DNA of 63,786 nucleotides, the filler included, from Olpidium bornovanus S191 (Eukaryota > Fungi > Olpidiomycota), in assembly GCA_017911155.1 (NCBI GenBank). It is 27 parts of 27 records of this genome, joined end to end, with 100 filler letters (N's around TTAATTAATTAA, not from the genome) between each part and the next. Parts side by side here need not be neighbours in the genome. Positions count along the whole stretch, not along the records: positions 20,828 to 22,930 come from JAEFCI010007730.1; positions 23,031 to 24,945 come from JAEFCI010000667.1; positions 25,046 to 28,255 come from JAEFCI010008137.1; positions 28,356 to 30,313 come from JAEFCI010007439.1; positions 30,414 to 32,391 come from JAEFCI010002913.1; positions 32,492 to 34,721 come from JAEFCI010007882.1; 21 more parts are not named here. One strand, given 5' to 3'. Every line of letters starts with the position of its first letter. The stretch's first letter is position 1. Under the pieces are notes generated by a model. It was not told the DNA's origin. It saw nothing but the letters and a program-made list of their open reading frames with translations, and ran no database searches. The position numbers and the translations under genes are program-made. Below are positions 21,791 through 32,972 of the stretch, piece by piece.

Positions 21791-23030
21791 GATTCTTTGT
21801 GCTGTTTTCTTTTGGCGGACAGTAACGGACGTTTTGCGCTGTTTTCGCACGAGGCAGCCAAGGGGGTTGGGGAAAGAAACGCGCAGAACAGAAACAAACT
21901 GTCAAATGAAGTCTTTGTGGCACGCCCTGTTGTACTTTCGTTGGGCGCGGTAAAACCACGCCAACCCACCTGCTTTAGTGACTGGGGCTTCGAAGACACT
22001 GCGGTTCAAAAAAAAAGAGCAGAAGGGGAAAGGGTTTTATACCCGCCGGCAACTTCTGATCGTTGACGCACCTGCGGCCGGCAACCCACCCTCGGTCGCA
22101 CCCGCGTGCGGCGTTTCGTTTTAAACGCCTACAGTAAAGTGACGCCACTTTTCAGGGCATTCGACGCAAATTAGATAAAATTACAGCGACAGCGTGGAGG
22201 AGTGAAACGAGAATCGTCGTTTTTTCCCGCCCCTTGCAGAGAGTGAAACAAAAGTGGGTCATTTTTTCCCGCCCCTTGCAGATTGCAAACGATTCGCAGG
22301 TTGAAAAAATAAGGAGCGGTGTTGCGAGGCGGCATTGGCCACCTCAGCTTCTCCTCCCGCCCTCACTCCCGTACCACACAGCTGCTCCCGCGTCCCGTCT
22401 CCTCCAGCATCCCTGGATGGCAAAAGTCAGTCCCTCATTGTTTCTCCAACCGCAAGCTGCTTTGGAGGCGAAATATGACGCCGCAGGCGACTCACCCATA
22501 GCGCCCCGAGTTGACGCGGCATTCTCCCTCAAAAATGACGCACAGGACAGCTTGCTAATCCGCGTCGGGCTGCCTAATCCTTTTTTTTGTAGCAAGGTTC
22601 TGGAAGGGGAGGCTGTTGGTGTGCGGCGGAGATTCCGGTTTCAAATTCATTCGCGAAAGCGGCGACCAATTTCGCAAGCTTTGCGCTTCCTAAGTTAGCC
22701 ATTGAGCGCATGGCCGCTCTATCCAGCAATCGTCTTTTTTGGAACGCGCATCACGCACAGGGCAGGTGCGGTTTGGGTCGCAGTTGTGCATTGTTTGCAG
22801 CCACTGGAGCATGACAAATATGACGGGGAGGCCGCTGGAGAATGGATAGGCGGGGGGAGAAAGAGGGGGCAGGCCCGAAAGAGCGCCGAAAGCGCGGACA
22901 TTCGTCAACGCCGCTTGCAAAACTTTCGGGNNNNNNNNNNNNNNNNNNNNNNNNNNNNNNNNNNNNNNNNNNNNTTAATTAATTAANNNNNNNNNNNNNN
23001 NNNNNNNNNNNNNNNNNNNNNNNNNNNNNN

Positions 23031-23366
23031 CAGGTCGTAAAACTACCCCAACCCGAAGCGACCTCGGCAGGTCGTAAAACTGCCTCAACCCGACGCGACC
23101 TCGGCAGGTCGTAAAACTGCCCCGACCACCCGCAAGCCGACAAGGGAGCAGGCCTTTCCTGCTAGTCTGAACAAGGCCCCCCCCCCCCCCGCCCCTCAAC
23201 GTAGGGGCCAAAATCACCGGCCCCTGCGTTCGGCGCCGTGACGCGTCTATCCTGAAAGACGCGTCCGGCGCCGTCGGACCAGCCCCACCTGGACAAGTGG
23301 TAAAACTGCCTGCGACTCCCCGACAGGGAGCTGCGACTTGCGACCTGAGCAGGTCGTAAAACTGCT
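23031..23366. repeat. 37-nt tandem repeat with dispersed copies of CAGGTCGTAAAACTGC
   Basis: Units start at 23031, 23068 and 23105 (period 37). Variant copies at 23294 and 23350. Unit junctions form CGACCT-N4-AGGTCG inverted repeats. Confidence 0.8.
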
Positions 23367-24299
23367 TAATCAAGACAACATGACTTGCGGCGGTGGCGGC
23401 ACCAGACCGTCGTCGCGAGCACCCAAACGGCAGGCCCGGGCTGGACGATCGAAGAGGACAAAGTCCCCCGGCCCGGGCCGCCCGCCCAACGAGACTGCGG
23501 CTGAGCCCAATGGCCCTTCCCCCCTGGGTCGCCTGGAGACATCAAGTACTTCAGGCATCGATCGCCCGGCGGCCCAGGAGGTGGAGGACGGCATGCCGCG
23601 CAACAAGACCTTCCGCGGGCGGAAAGTACGGGGGGTGTGCTGTGGCACGGCCACGACACTGACCGTCACCTTACGCCAAGAAAGACGCCACGGAAGGTGG
23701 CGGCGGGCGGGCGGGAGGTAAAGGCGGAGGAGAGGACAAGACGGCCCGGGGGCCGACCAATAGAATAATCTCCCCCGCGAGCCCACCAATAAAAGAGCTT
23801 TCCCCCTTCCACCCTTCCCCCCCTTTTCCCCCTCAGTGCCACACGCGGGGACCCACCGCCAACCACACCAGCTCCCCCCGGGTAAACGATACTGCTCCCG
23901 CGCGCAACCGCGCGCGTCTACGGAACCCCACGTGGGGACCACGACCGCGCGGAAGCAACCGCATCAGCGGACGAGCCAAGGCCAACTCGGATGACGTCCT
24001 GTCCCGCTCAGCCTCGACGAGCATAAAAAGCGCTTGTCTGACTTCGTAGCTCCGCTCCCTCACAGACCTCAGACCTCCGACTCGTAGACTCAACTTAGCT
24101 TGAACTTGACAGTACTTGTCAACCCTCGTCACCTTACCTGTAGCCTCCCGCACAGACCTGATGAGGAAGAGTAATAAAACGTTCTAACATAACATAGCCG
24201 CAGTACACATGTGTTTTGTGACATGGCGCCGTCATCGTTGTCATTGGTCACCGGCCTGGCTTCCAGTTAGAATAGTCGGTCACGATCGTTGCGTGTTGA

Positions 24300-24830
24300 T
24301 ATATGATTTAAGGATTTTACATTCAACTAAATTCTTTATAGTACACTAACTAATATTTATGTATCACGATATATAATTATTAGGATAAAAGATGCTGCTA
24401 TAAATAATGAATCAAATACTTGTAAACTGACATGTAGATGTATACCTGTACCAGGTGCAGAGTACTATATGTTATATGTGTGTATCATTTTTTTAGTTCA
24501 ATTATAATTATACTACTATGTATAGTACAGTGCAAAATAGAATATTTAATTATAATATCTATATATATCACTAATATAATTATATATCATTAATAATATC
24601 ATTAACACACATATTATATATAAATACAAATATTATTTATATTAATATTTCATATACCATGAGCAAATTGAACGCACTTACAGAGTTATACTGTGCCGCA
24701 CTTCAATAGCGGTACCAATACCAATATGGTGTATGATACATTTATACCAATTAAATGATACTAGTATATATTATTAGCTCATTGTAATTAGTATAAATTG
24801 TACTGCACCTTAGTTAGCTACCAGACTATT
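24300..24830. other. AT-rich island
   Basis: The core 24541-24660 is almost entirely A/T with many TA steps, in a window that is otherwise GC-rich. No ORF. Confidence 0.85.
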
Positions 24831-25085
24831 GTCCCATTATGCGTTGCGTAGGCCCTCCCGTCCGCTTTGAACAGTACATCTAGACCGTTGTATGTTGCTG
24901 GGGGGATAGAGAACAATGACATCCGAAACGCCGGTGTGTGCATGGNNNNNNNNNNNNNNNNNNNNNNNNNNNNNNNNNNNNNNNNNNNNTTAATTAATTA
25001 ANNNNNNNNNNNNNNNNNNNNNNNNNNNNNNNNNNNNNNNNNNNNACGGGGTGGGGGTGGGGGGGGGGGGGGGGGGACGGGGGGG

Positions 25086-25135
<50 letters not shown>

Positions 25136-25683
25136 AGGCAGGGGGGCGGGCCCCCCGCGTCTCGAAACACGCCGACCCCCGAAACCAAAACGTAGTTGCC
25201 ATCGCGCGCGCGGGAGCGAAACGCAAGGACGAGCCCTCCGCTTTTGCCAACGGAAAGCGAGCGAGCGGGACGTATAACTCCCCTCTCGCACCTGCCCGTG
25301 GCAAATACCGTGTTTGCAGTCCCGCCCGCGAGACCCTTTGCTCCTCCTCCTTCTCCGTTTGTTGGTGACTCCGGCCGTCACCCTCCCCTTTCCCCCCCCC
25401 CCCCCCCGCGCCCCCCCCCCCGCCCCCCCCCCCCCCCCCCCCCTTTCACCCCCCCCGCGGCTTGTGAGATTTACCCGCGTTTCTTCCCTCCACCCTTCCC
25501 ACCCGCCCTCCCTCCCTCCCTCCCGCACGGGGGCTCCGGAAAGCGCGGAGAGCGCCGCCCGGTCGCGCGGCCTGGTCCGAGGCCGATTCGAATCGGCCCT
25601 GGTGGAGAGAGAGAGAGAGAGAGAGAGAAACCGACCGTCTGGCAAGGCGCAATTCCCGCAAAAAGGGCCTGAGGTAACTCAAA

Positions 25684-26015
25684 ATGTCCCGCCTCGGCAC
25701 GCTCTCCCCGGCGACGTCGTCGTCCCCGCTGGCCTCCCAGTCGTCACTCGGCCGCGACAGAGCGTCGCCGCCGCCGCCGCCGCCGCCGCAGCAGCAGCAC
25801 CATTACCACCACCAAAACCACAACCATCCGCGTCCGCGGCAGGACCCTCTCCAGCCGTTCTCGCGCGAGCTGTGCAGATCCGTTGCCAGCGCACTGGTGA
25901 GGGAGCACCTGAGCCGGAACAATATGACGGCAACCCTAGAGAAGTTCAGGGAGGAGGACGTGAGCAATCCGCAAAAGGCCCCGCGAGTCGGGGGTTTTCT
26001 TTTTCTTCTTTTCTC

Positions 26016-26049
<34 letters not shown>

Positions 26050-26660
26050 ATCTCTTTTTTATTTTTTTTTTTTTTTTTTTTTTTCTGGCCCGCCGGCCCT
26101 GGCCCGCCCCACGTCGAGAATAAAGGGCCGTCGATCGCCTCTTCGTTTCAGCCCTGATCGCGATCTTTTTTTTTTCTTCTTCTTCTTCTTTTTTGATTCT
26201 TTTTTGTTAACGCAGCCCTTCCCCCCCCCCCCCCAAACCCCAAATGCAGGCGGTGCAGGGCGCGACAATCGCTTCCCGCTCGGCGCTGGTGCGCTATCTG
26301 AGAATGGAAAAAGTAAGCAGAAACAACCAGTCGTCCGGTGGGTCGAACTCTGTGCGCCTTCAGTTCCGCCATGCCTCCTCGCCCCCCCCCCCTGGCGCTT
26401 CCTCCTCCTTCCAGCCCGCGGTTCCCTAATGTCCCTCGGCTCACAGCCGCCTGCCGACCGCGCGCGCAGACGAACCCTTTTTGACACTGGTGGAAATGCT
26501 GGTCGCTCACCTGCTGGCGAAAAATCCGCTGCTGAAAGGCGGGCGTGATTTCGCGGACGCGGGCGCGAGTGGGGATCCGGGGCCGGGCGCCGCCCGAGGG
26601 GCCATCGGGGGAGATCCCCGGGAAACGGAGGCCGAGGGATCGCGGGGCTTTTTTGCGCGA

Positions 26661-26696
<36 letters not shown>

Positions 26697-28255
26697 CAGG
26701 AGACCGCCGGGCCGCTGCTGTCTTCCATCAAGGGTCGTTCGGCCGCGGCCGACGCAGCAGACGAACGTCCGACCGCGCCGGCGCACGACGAAGCGTCCCG
26801 GCAACCGAGGGCCGCGGCGAAGCCGGCGGGGAAACCGAAATCGTTCTTCGACGACGACGCGATCGCCGCGGCCGCGGAAGCGGCCGGTTCCTCCGGCGCC
26901 GAAGCCGCGGCCGTCCGGACCGGCGGCGGCGCTGGCGCGTGGATGGAGCCGGGCGCAAGGATGGAATCGGCCGCGACGGAAACGACCCGCGGGCCGGCCG
27001 CGGCCGGTCGAGACAAGGTCGTCCCGGCCGTTTTGGACAGGGCGACGGTTTCCGGCCTGAAAAACGTGCTTTTCGGCAGGGCGGCTCCGGTGCAGGCGTT
27101 CAATGACGAGTGGATCGGAAAGCAATTCACGTTCAACGAAAGGGAGGGCCTCACCTACGGACTGGTCCAGAGCAAGGTAGGAGGGTGAAGGTGAGGGGGT
27201 TGGTGCAAGAGGGCGCGTTTTCGGGCCGTTTCTCGAACGGGCCGTAACGAGCGAACACCACCCCCACATTTCCCGCGCGCGGGAATGTTTTTTTTTTTTT
27301 TTTTTTTTTTCCAGGGAGGGCCGTGCGGGCTCCTCGCGGTCGTCCAAGCGTACATTCTGCTGAACCTCACGTTCGACCCGGACCTCTCGCCGCTGGTCAG
27401 GAGAGACGAGCACGGCTCGCCGGTTCCGAGCGAGCAGCAGGCCAGATCGGCGCTCGCGAAAGCGATATCAGGCGTCCTCGTCACCTGCGGCAAAACGAAA
27501 CGGACGTACACGGTCGCCTGGTACGCGTCGTCGCCCGACCGCGCGCTCGGGGGAAATCGAAAGAACGAAAAAAATTTTTTCGTGCCCCCGCGGTTTTCAG
27601 AGGGGGCCGTTTCCCCTCGGAAAAATAAAACAAAAAAAAAAAAACAAAACAAACAAAAGAGAGGGAGAAAAAAAAAAAGAAAAGGGTTTCGACGAACGTG
27701 CCTTACTCCCAAACCCCGGCGCGCCTTCCTTCCCCCCCTTCTTCCCAGGCCGGAGAAACCTCCGCTCGGGTTCCCGGGACCAGCGGGCTTCGGAAGGAGC
27801 CAGCAGCTCGACCGCATAATCGCGCGCTCCTTCACGGACCAAGGGTCCCTGGCCAGGTTCGTGGAGCGGCACCTGGACAACGTAGGTCGATTCTGGCAAA
27901 GGTGGCCGTGATTTGCCCTTCCTCTGAAGAAAGAAAGAGTGAGAGAAAGAAAGAGAGTTTATCGGTGAGTTTCTCATTGTAGAGGTACAAAATCGGCCAC
28001 CATTTTTTTTTTTTTTTTTTTTTGCCGCACAAAAACACAAAAACCGCACAGTTTACGGCGAAGAACGCGAACGGCCTGGTGTCGCTCCTGATCTCGGCGG
28101 TCCTGACGCGCACTGCGGCGGACGTCGTCCGCGACATGGACGAACCCGACACGGCGCTGATCGGGGCGCACGGATATTGTACGCAGGAGATGGTCAACCT
28201 GCTCGTCACCGGGAAGGCCAGGTCCAACGTGTTCGACGGGACGGTATCGCTGGGC
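25684..28255 (+). CDS. MINDY4: MINDY-4 (FAM188B) deubiquitinase homologue, 3'-truncated
   Basis: N-terminal SVASALVREHLSRNNMTATL...NPFLTLVEMLVAHLL; catalytic region TYGLVQSK|GGPCGLLAVVQAYIL; LIGAHGYCTQEMVNLLVTGKARSNVFDG. Several GT-AG introns. Confidence 0.9.
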
Positions 28256-28355
28256 NNNNNNNNNNNNNNNNNNNNNNNNNNNNNNNNNNNNNNNNNNNNT
28301 TAATTAATTAANNNNNNNNNNNNNNNNNNNNNNNNNNNNNNNNNNNNNNNNNNNN

Positions 28356-29468
28356 CCCACCGCTGTCACCGTCGACGAGAAGCGGAGGTAGTCGGCGACG
28401 AACTTGCCGTTAATTCTGATTTTGTATGGCCGGCCGATGCAAAGCACGTCGTCCTGCTCGACCGCGCGCCTCCATGGAAGGAAATTGTCCACCCGCAGGA
28501 GGCTGACGGGCTCCTGCACGTTCCAGCAGCGGTACCGCATCCGCCGCGTCCGCTTCACGTACTCCTGCAGGGACACAAAGTTCCCCGCGCTTCCGGGGCT
28601 AATCTCCAGCCACAGCTCGAGTTGGTTTTCGGGTTTGGCCAGCTCCGCCCTTTGCACTGCCACGTCCACAAACTTGCCGTCGTTCGAAAAGCCGGTCTCG
28701 ACGATGACAGGCCGCTGCTTTAGGTGGGACGACTGCAGCGGCGGAATAATGAGCGTCCGGTTGTACAAGACCGAAAGCTTTGCCGCCTTCCGGAGGTTGA
28801 TGAGCTGGTTCGACAGGCCAGAGTGCTGGATAAAGAGAAGGTACCGCTCCTGTTCGGTTTCTTCCCCGGTGCTCGCGAAGGCTGCGGAAGTTGCGCCTGG
28901 TCCTTCTACCCCTGTTGATCCTCCTACCCCTGTTGATCCTCCGCGGATTTCCGTCGCGTCGCCTCCGTTGTTCTGACGAACCGGCATCCGCGCTATCTCG
29001 ATCGCTTCAGCTGCAAGTTCGTCACCGCGTTCCGCGTATGATTCTGTAAGCCCGTGTCCGCCACTTTTCGCCTCCCGGTCGATTCCGCTGCTGCGCTCGA
29101 AGTCGAAGCCGTCGTCGGCCTCGCGCTCCTCCTCGTCCAAAGCGGGCTGCGCCCAGAAGATGGCCAACCGCAAAAAAATTCGACGAGAGATGAAAAAAAG
29201 TTGTCGTTTCGCACTCTCCTCCCGCCAGACCCGGGGATTAAAGATAATCGACTCTCTCTTGAAATTCGAAGAATTGTGGTTTCAGTTGCATCAAAAGAGG
29301 CCCCTTACCGCCGGATCTATGGAGGTTGGAGTGGCCGCCGTTTGCTTGAAGCTGAGCTCCTCGGGCGTGCTCAACTGTCGTTCCTTAACCCCACCCCGCC
29401 AGACGCGACAGCGTTAAATTCAAAACACGTTAAGTAAGTATATGATTGTGATTGTGTGTGTGGGTGTG

Positions 29469-29504
<36 letters not shown>

Positions 29505-29844
29505 GGCGCGCTTGTACGCGCGTGCGTGTTGCTCTCGCAGGAAAAAAAAAACGGAACAGAAACTTTACCGCGGGGAACCTCGAAGATGCCGCCTGCTGTT
29601 GGTCAAAGTTGAGCACCGCGACCTGCTCGGGCTGTGTTCCCCAAGCCAAAGCCCGGCCGGCGGCGGCGTCGTCCTCCGGGCGAGAACTTCTCCCAGCTGC
29701 GCGGAGGAGGAGCGACGCCGCGGGCGCGAGCACCAGGGAAGGGATCGCGAAGTACGCGAGGGCGGCGAACCCCAGAAACACAACGGCGGCGGCCCTGCGG
29801 TGGAACGGGGGACGCGCGGCGAGGCGCGAAGGTGGCGCCCGCAT
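28356..29844 (-). CDS. GDP-fucose O-fucosyltransferase-family protein (O-FucT), type II membrane, 3'-truncated
   Basis: TM anchor AAAVVFLGFAALAYFAIPSLVLA, low-complexity stem, then RYLLFIQHSGLSNQLINLRKAAKLSVLYNRTLIIPP (O-FucT motif GxxNQ...A..LNRTLVLP). Confidence 0.75.
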
Positions 29845-29901
29845 GGGAAGAGGGCGAGGGGGCGGGAAGACAGCGAGAGTGGGGTCGAGACGAGGCAAGT
29901 C

Positions 29902-29944
<43 letters not shown>

Positions 29945-31099
29945 AGGGGCCGAGGGAGGGCATTATCTTTTCCGCGCGCGCCCGGATTGTCGCCGGATCG
30001 AGATGATGCTTTATATTGATTTTTTTTTTCTCAGTCGTCACGCGTATACAGGGCGTGGCGTTGGCCAACCAATAACCGTCGCGAGAAACGGGAAAGGAAA
30101 CAGATGCGAGGGGGACCTCTCTCTCTCTCTCGAACTGTGTGACCTTTCCGCTCCTCAGCCCATACCTCCCGCTCCGCCCGCCCCCAAAAGTACATGAACG
30201 CCAGGCATCTGGGCGGCGCGAGGCGGGAAGGAGGGGCATATTTTTTTTCCCTCCCTCGCGATATATGCTTCACCGACGACAACCAAAAAAAAAAAAAAAA
30301 AAAATGCGCCGCGNNNNNNNNNNNNNNNNNNNNNNNNNNNNNNNNNNNNNNNNNNNNTTAATTAATTAANNNNNNNNNNNNNNNNNNNNNNNNNNNNNNN
30401 NNNNNNNNNNNNNATGGCGTTTGACGGAGCCCACAAACAAATGAAGTGATTTATTTAAGAAATACTATCTGAAATTTAACGATATTCAATAGCCGCAGCC
30501 AAAGGAGAGCAGATAGGTCGCCACACTTTGCATGCGATACCTTTTCTCGCCTCCCCACTATAGAAAGGACTGGAGCATATAGCGTCGCAATAATTTGAAT
30601 ACAACTCTTTTTTTCGCCTCCCTTTCACGAGCTCGCGTTGTCCTAGTCGCCCTTTTTTTGATGGTCCAAAAACGAACGGGCTACGAGGGCCAAACCGCCG
30701 TCGCCTTGCAACCGTCGTCGCCACGCCCTTCTGGTTTCCTTCTGGTGCGTCGGACAAGGGAGTGCCGCGGTTTGGCCTCACAACGTGTTGATTATTTCCA
30801 TTATAGTAATGCTAATCAATTTAATCTTAGTATAATAATTATAATAATAAATATAATTATAAAAAAGGCGACGGTGGGGATTTTCGCGGGGACCCGTCGC
30901 GTGGACTCACTTCGTGAGGAGCTACCGCGGAGCCCCCGCCATGCCTGGTAGATTGCGGAATTTCTAGGATAGAGCAGGGCAGACCGTGCAACAACGCCAC
31001 CTTCCGCCACCTCCATGCATGACGCATTGCAACCCACCCCCTCCTTCTGTCCTACGTTCTTTATTTCCTTCCTTCCTTCCAGGGTCGTTCCACACAGAG

Positions 31100-31565
31100 A
31101 AACTTCGACGAGACTTCTACATCTGAATGTGCCTTGGATTTATGCTTCTAAATTTTTATCAGATTTTTGCACCGGATTCCACATCGGTTCCTGTTTTAGA
31201 TTCTACATGGAAATCGGTCTCGGAATTTGTATCTGACTCTGTATTGATTTTTTCCAGCAAAATTTCCTTGGGTACGCTTCGGATTATGTGCTAAATTTTC
31301 GTCAGATATGCCGCGGCTTCTGCTTCAGTTTCTAAATTTTAATCTGTGTCAGAGGCTGTGTCCCAAGCTGCATCAGATTTTACAGGCCTTGCATTTTGCG
31401 TCGGAACGTTCATTGGATTCTGCTTCTTAACCTGTGTCCGGATTTTTCTTGGATTCTGTTTCTTATTCTCTGACCGGATTTCGGCTCTAAGTATGCGTCG
31501 GATTCTGCATCCGAATCTGCTTCGGAATCTTGTCTGCGTGGGATTCTGCATCTGAATCTGTTTGG
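31100..31565. repeat. Degenerate short-period repeat (GGATTCTG / GAATCTG motifs)
   Basis: Recurrent GGATTCTGC(A/T)TC and CGAATCTG words, e.g. 31497-31560. Confidence 0.5.
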
Positions 31566-31602
31566 TAAAAATGAAAGTCAATCAGGGGTTAGTATCAGGG
31601 GA

Positions 31603-31958
31603 AAGTCTGGCGCTATCTCAGAGGGAATGAAGCTCACCAATGTGTAGCAAATACTGCAATACCTCGGAGGAACAATAGACGTGGCCCAAATTCATAGTGG
31701 ACTGGCAGCCCCATATGAGACCTCAATGCCCGTGATCATTTCTTCGGTACACTGACCTATCTGCCGTGGCCCAGGCGACCAGCCTCAACATAGACAATAT
31801 GGAGGCAGCCGAACTGGCTGCGGACGTCAAAGACGAAAAAGCGATCAAAACATATCGATACGAGGTATTGCCATCTTAGTGATGTGCCGCGGATGAAAAT
31901 CATCCGGATCGAGCGTGCCATCTCGTCCAAAAAAATTACTGCGGACATATTTACGTAG
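31603..31958 (+). mobile_element. Heavily decayed Ty1/copia RNase H C-terminus
   Basis: KVWRYLRG...; TSLNIDNMEAAELAADVKDE(fs)KRSKHIDTRYCHLSDV...IERAISSKKITADIFT*; followed by a purine-rich tract. Confidence 0.7.
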
Positions 31959-32301
31959 ATTCATGGCGGCGGGAGTTATGGTGCGTACAACGAGGAGGGG
32001 CGAAGAGAAATGAAGGGAGGAGTGGGAGAGGCCGAGCCATGGACGCACTGAGTGCACCATCCCTGGGCAGCCCCTACGTACGCATCATTAGTATAAGTAG
32101 GTCACTCACTATGAAAAAGCGGCGCCATACCTTCCGCTTCGTTACGGGCTCGCCGCGTCCGTTCCTTCACGGTGCCTAAAAGCCTGCTTTCGCCCCTCCC
32201 CTGCTCCAAATTGCACAGGCCCCGCACCCTCTTAGACGGGCCCCTCCCCCTCCTTAAAAAAAAAAGAAAAAAGCCGTTCCGCTCCTTCCCCGCACGCCCC
32301 T

Positions 32302-32376
<75 letters not shown>

Positions 32377-32972
32377 CCCCCCCCCACCCGCNNNNNNNNN
32401 NNNNNNNNNNNNNNNNNNNNNNNNNNNNNNNNNNNTTAATTAATTAANNNNNNNNNNNNNNNNNNNNNNNNNNNNNNNNNNNNNNNNNNNNCCATGTAAA
32501 TCCGGCACGCAAACGCCACACAAAACAAACCGACAACCTTTAGAAAGTCTACAGCATTCCGAACAGCGCAGTGCCGTCTCCCCGTGGTCCTCCATTGCGT
32601 GCTCGTCTTCCTTTGTCTCCTCTGGTTCTTCTGTCCTTTGTGCACCTGTTCCCCCCTCCCCCCCGTCCCCCGCGCGCGCCTTCCCCCTGGCCCCCCCGCC
32701 CGAACCCGTTTTCCCCACACTCCCTCTCGAGAAAAGGGAGGGGGGAGGGGAAAAGGGCGGCACACGTCTCCTTCCCGTCCCGCGCCGAGCCACGCGCGAC
32801 TTCCTTTCTCGCAGCCCCGGCGCACTTTTCGCGCGCACGCACGAGAGTGGCCAAGCGCGCCCCGTTTCCCCCGCACTCACCCGCCCCGCGCGCGTCATCC
32901 CCGCCGTCTCAGGCGATAATCGGGGGGTCGGGGCCAAGAAGCGACGACGCGAGTTAGACCGACCGTGCCGGA

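Noticed and set aside
23031-23125. 37-nt repeats as a CRISPR array
   Set aside because: No unique spacers, eukaryotic context and no cas genes.
23838-24194. Solo-LTR-like segment (CATAAAAA, AATAAA, ends TAACA)
   Set aside because: No matching TG start or target-site duplication could be defined.
5041-29844. Three glycosyltransferase-like genes as a glycan biosynthesis cluster
   Set aside because: They lie on separate contigs joined by artificial linkers; linkage cannot be inferred.
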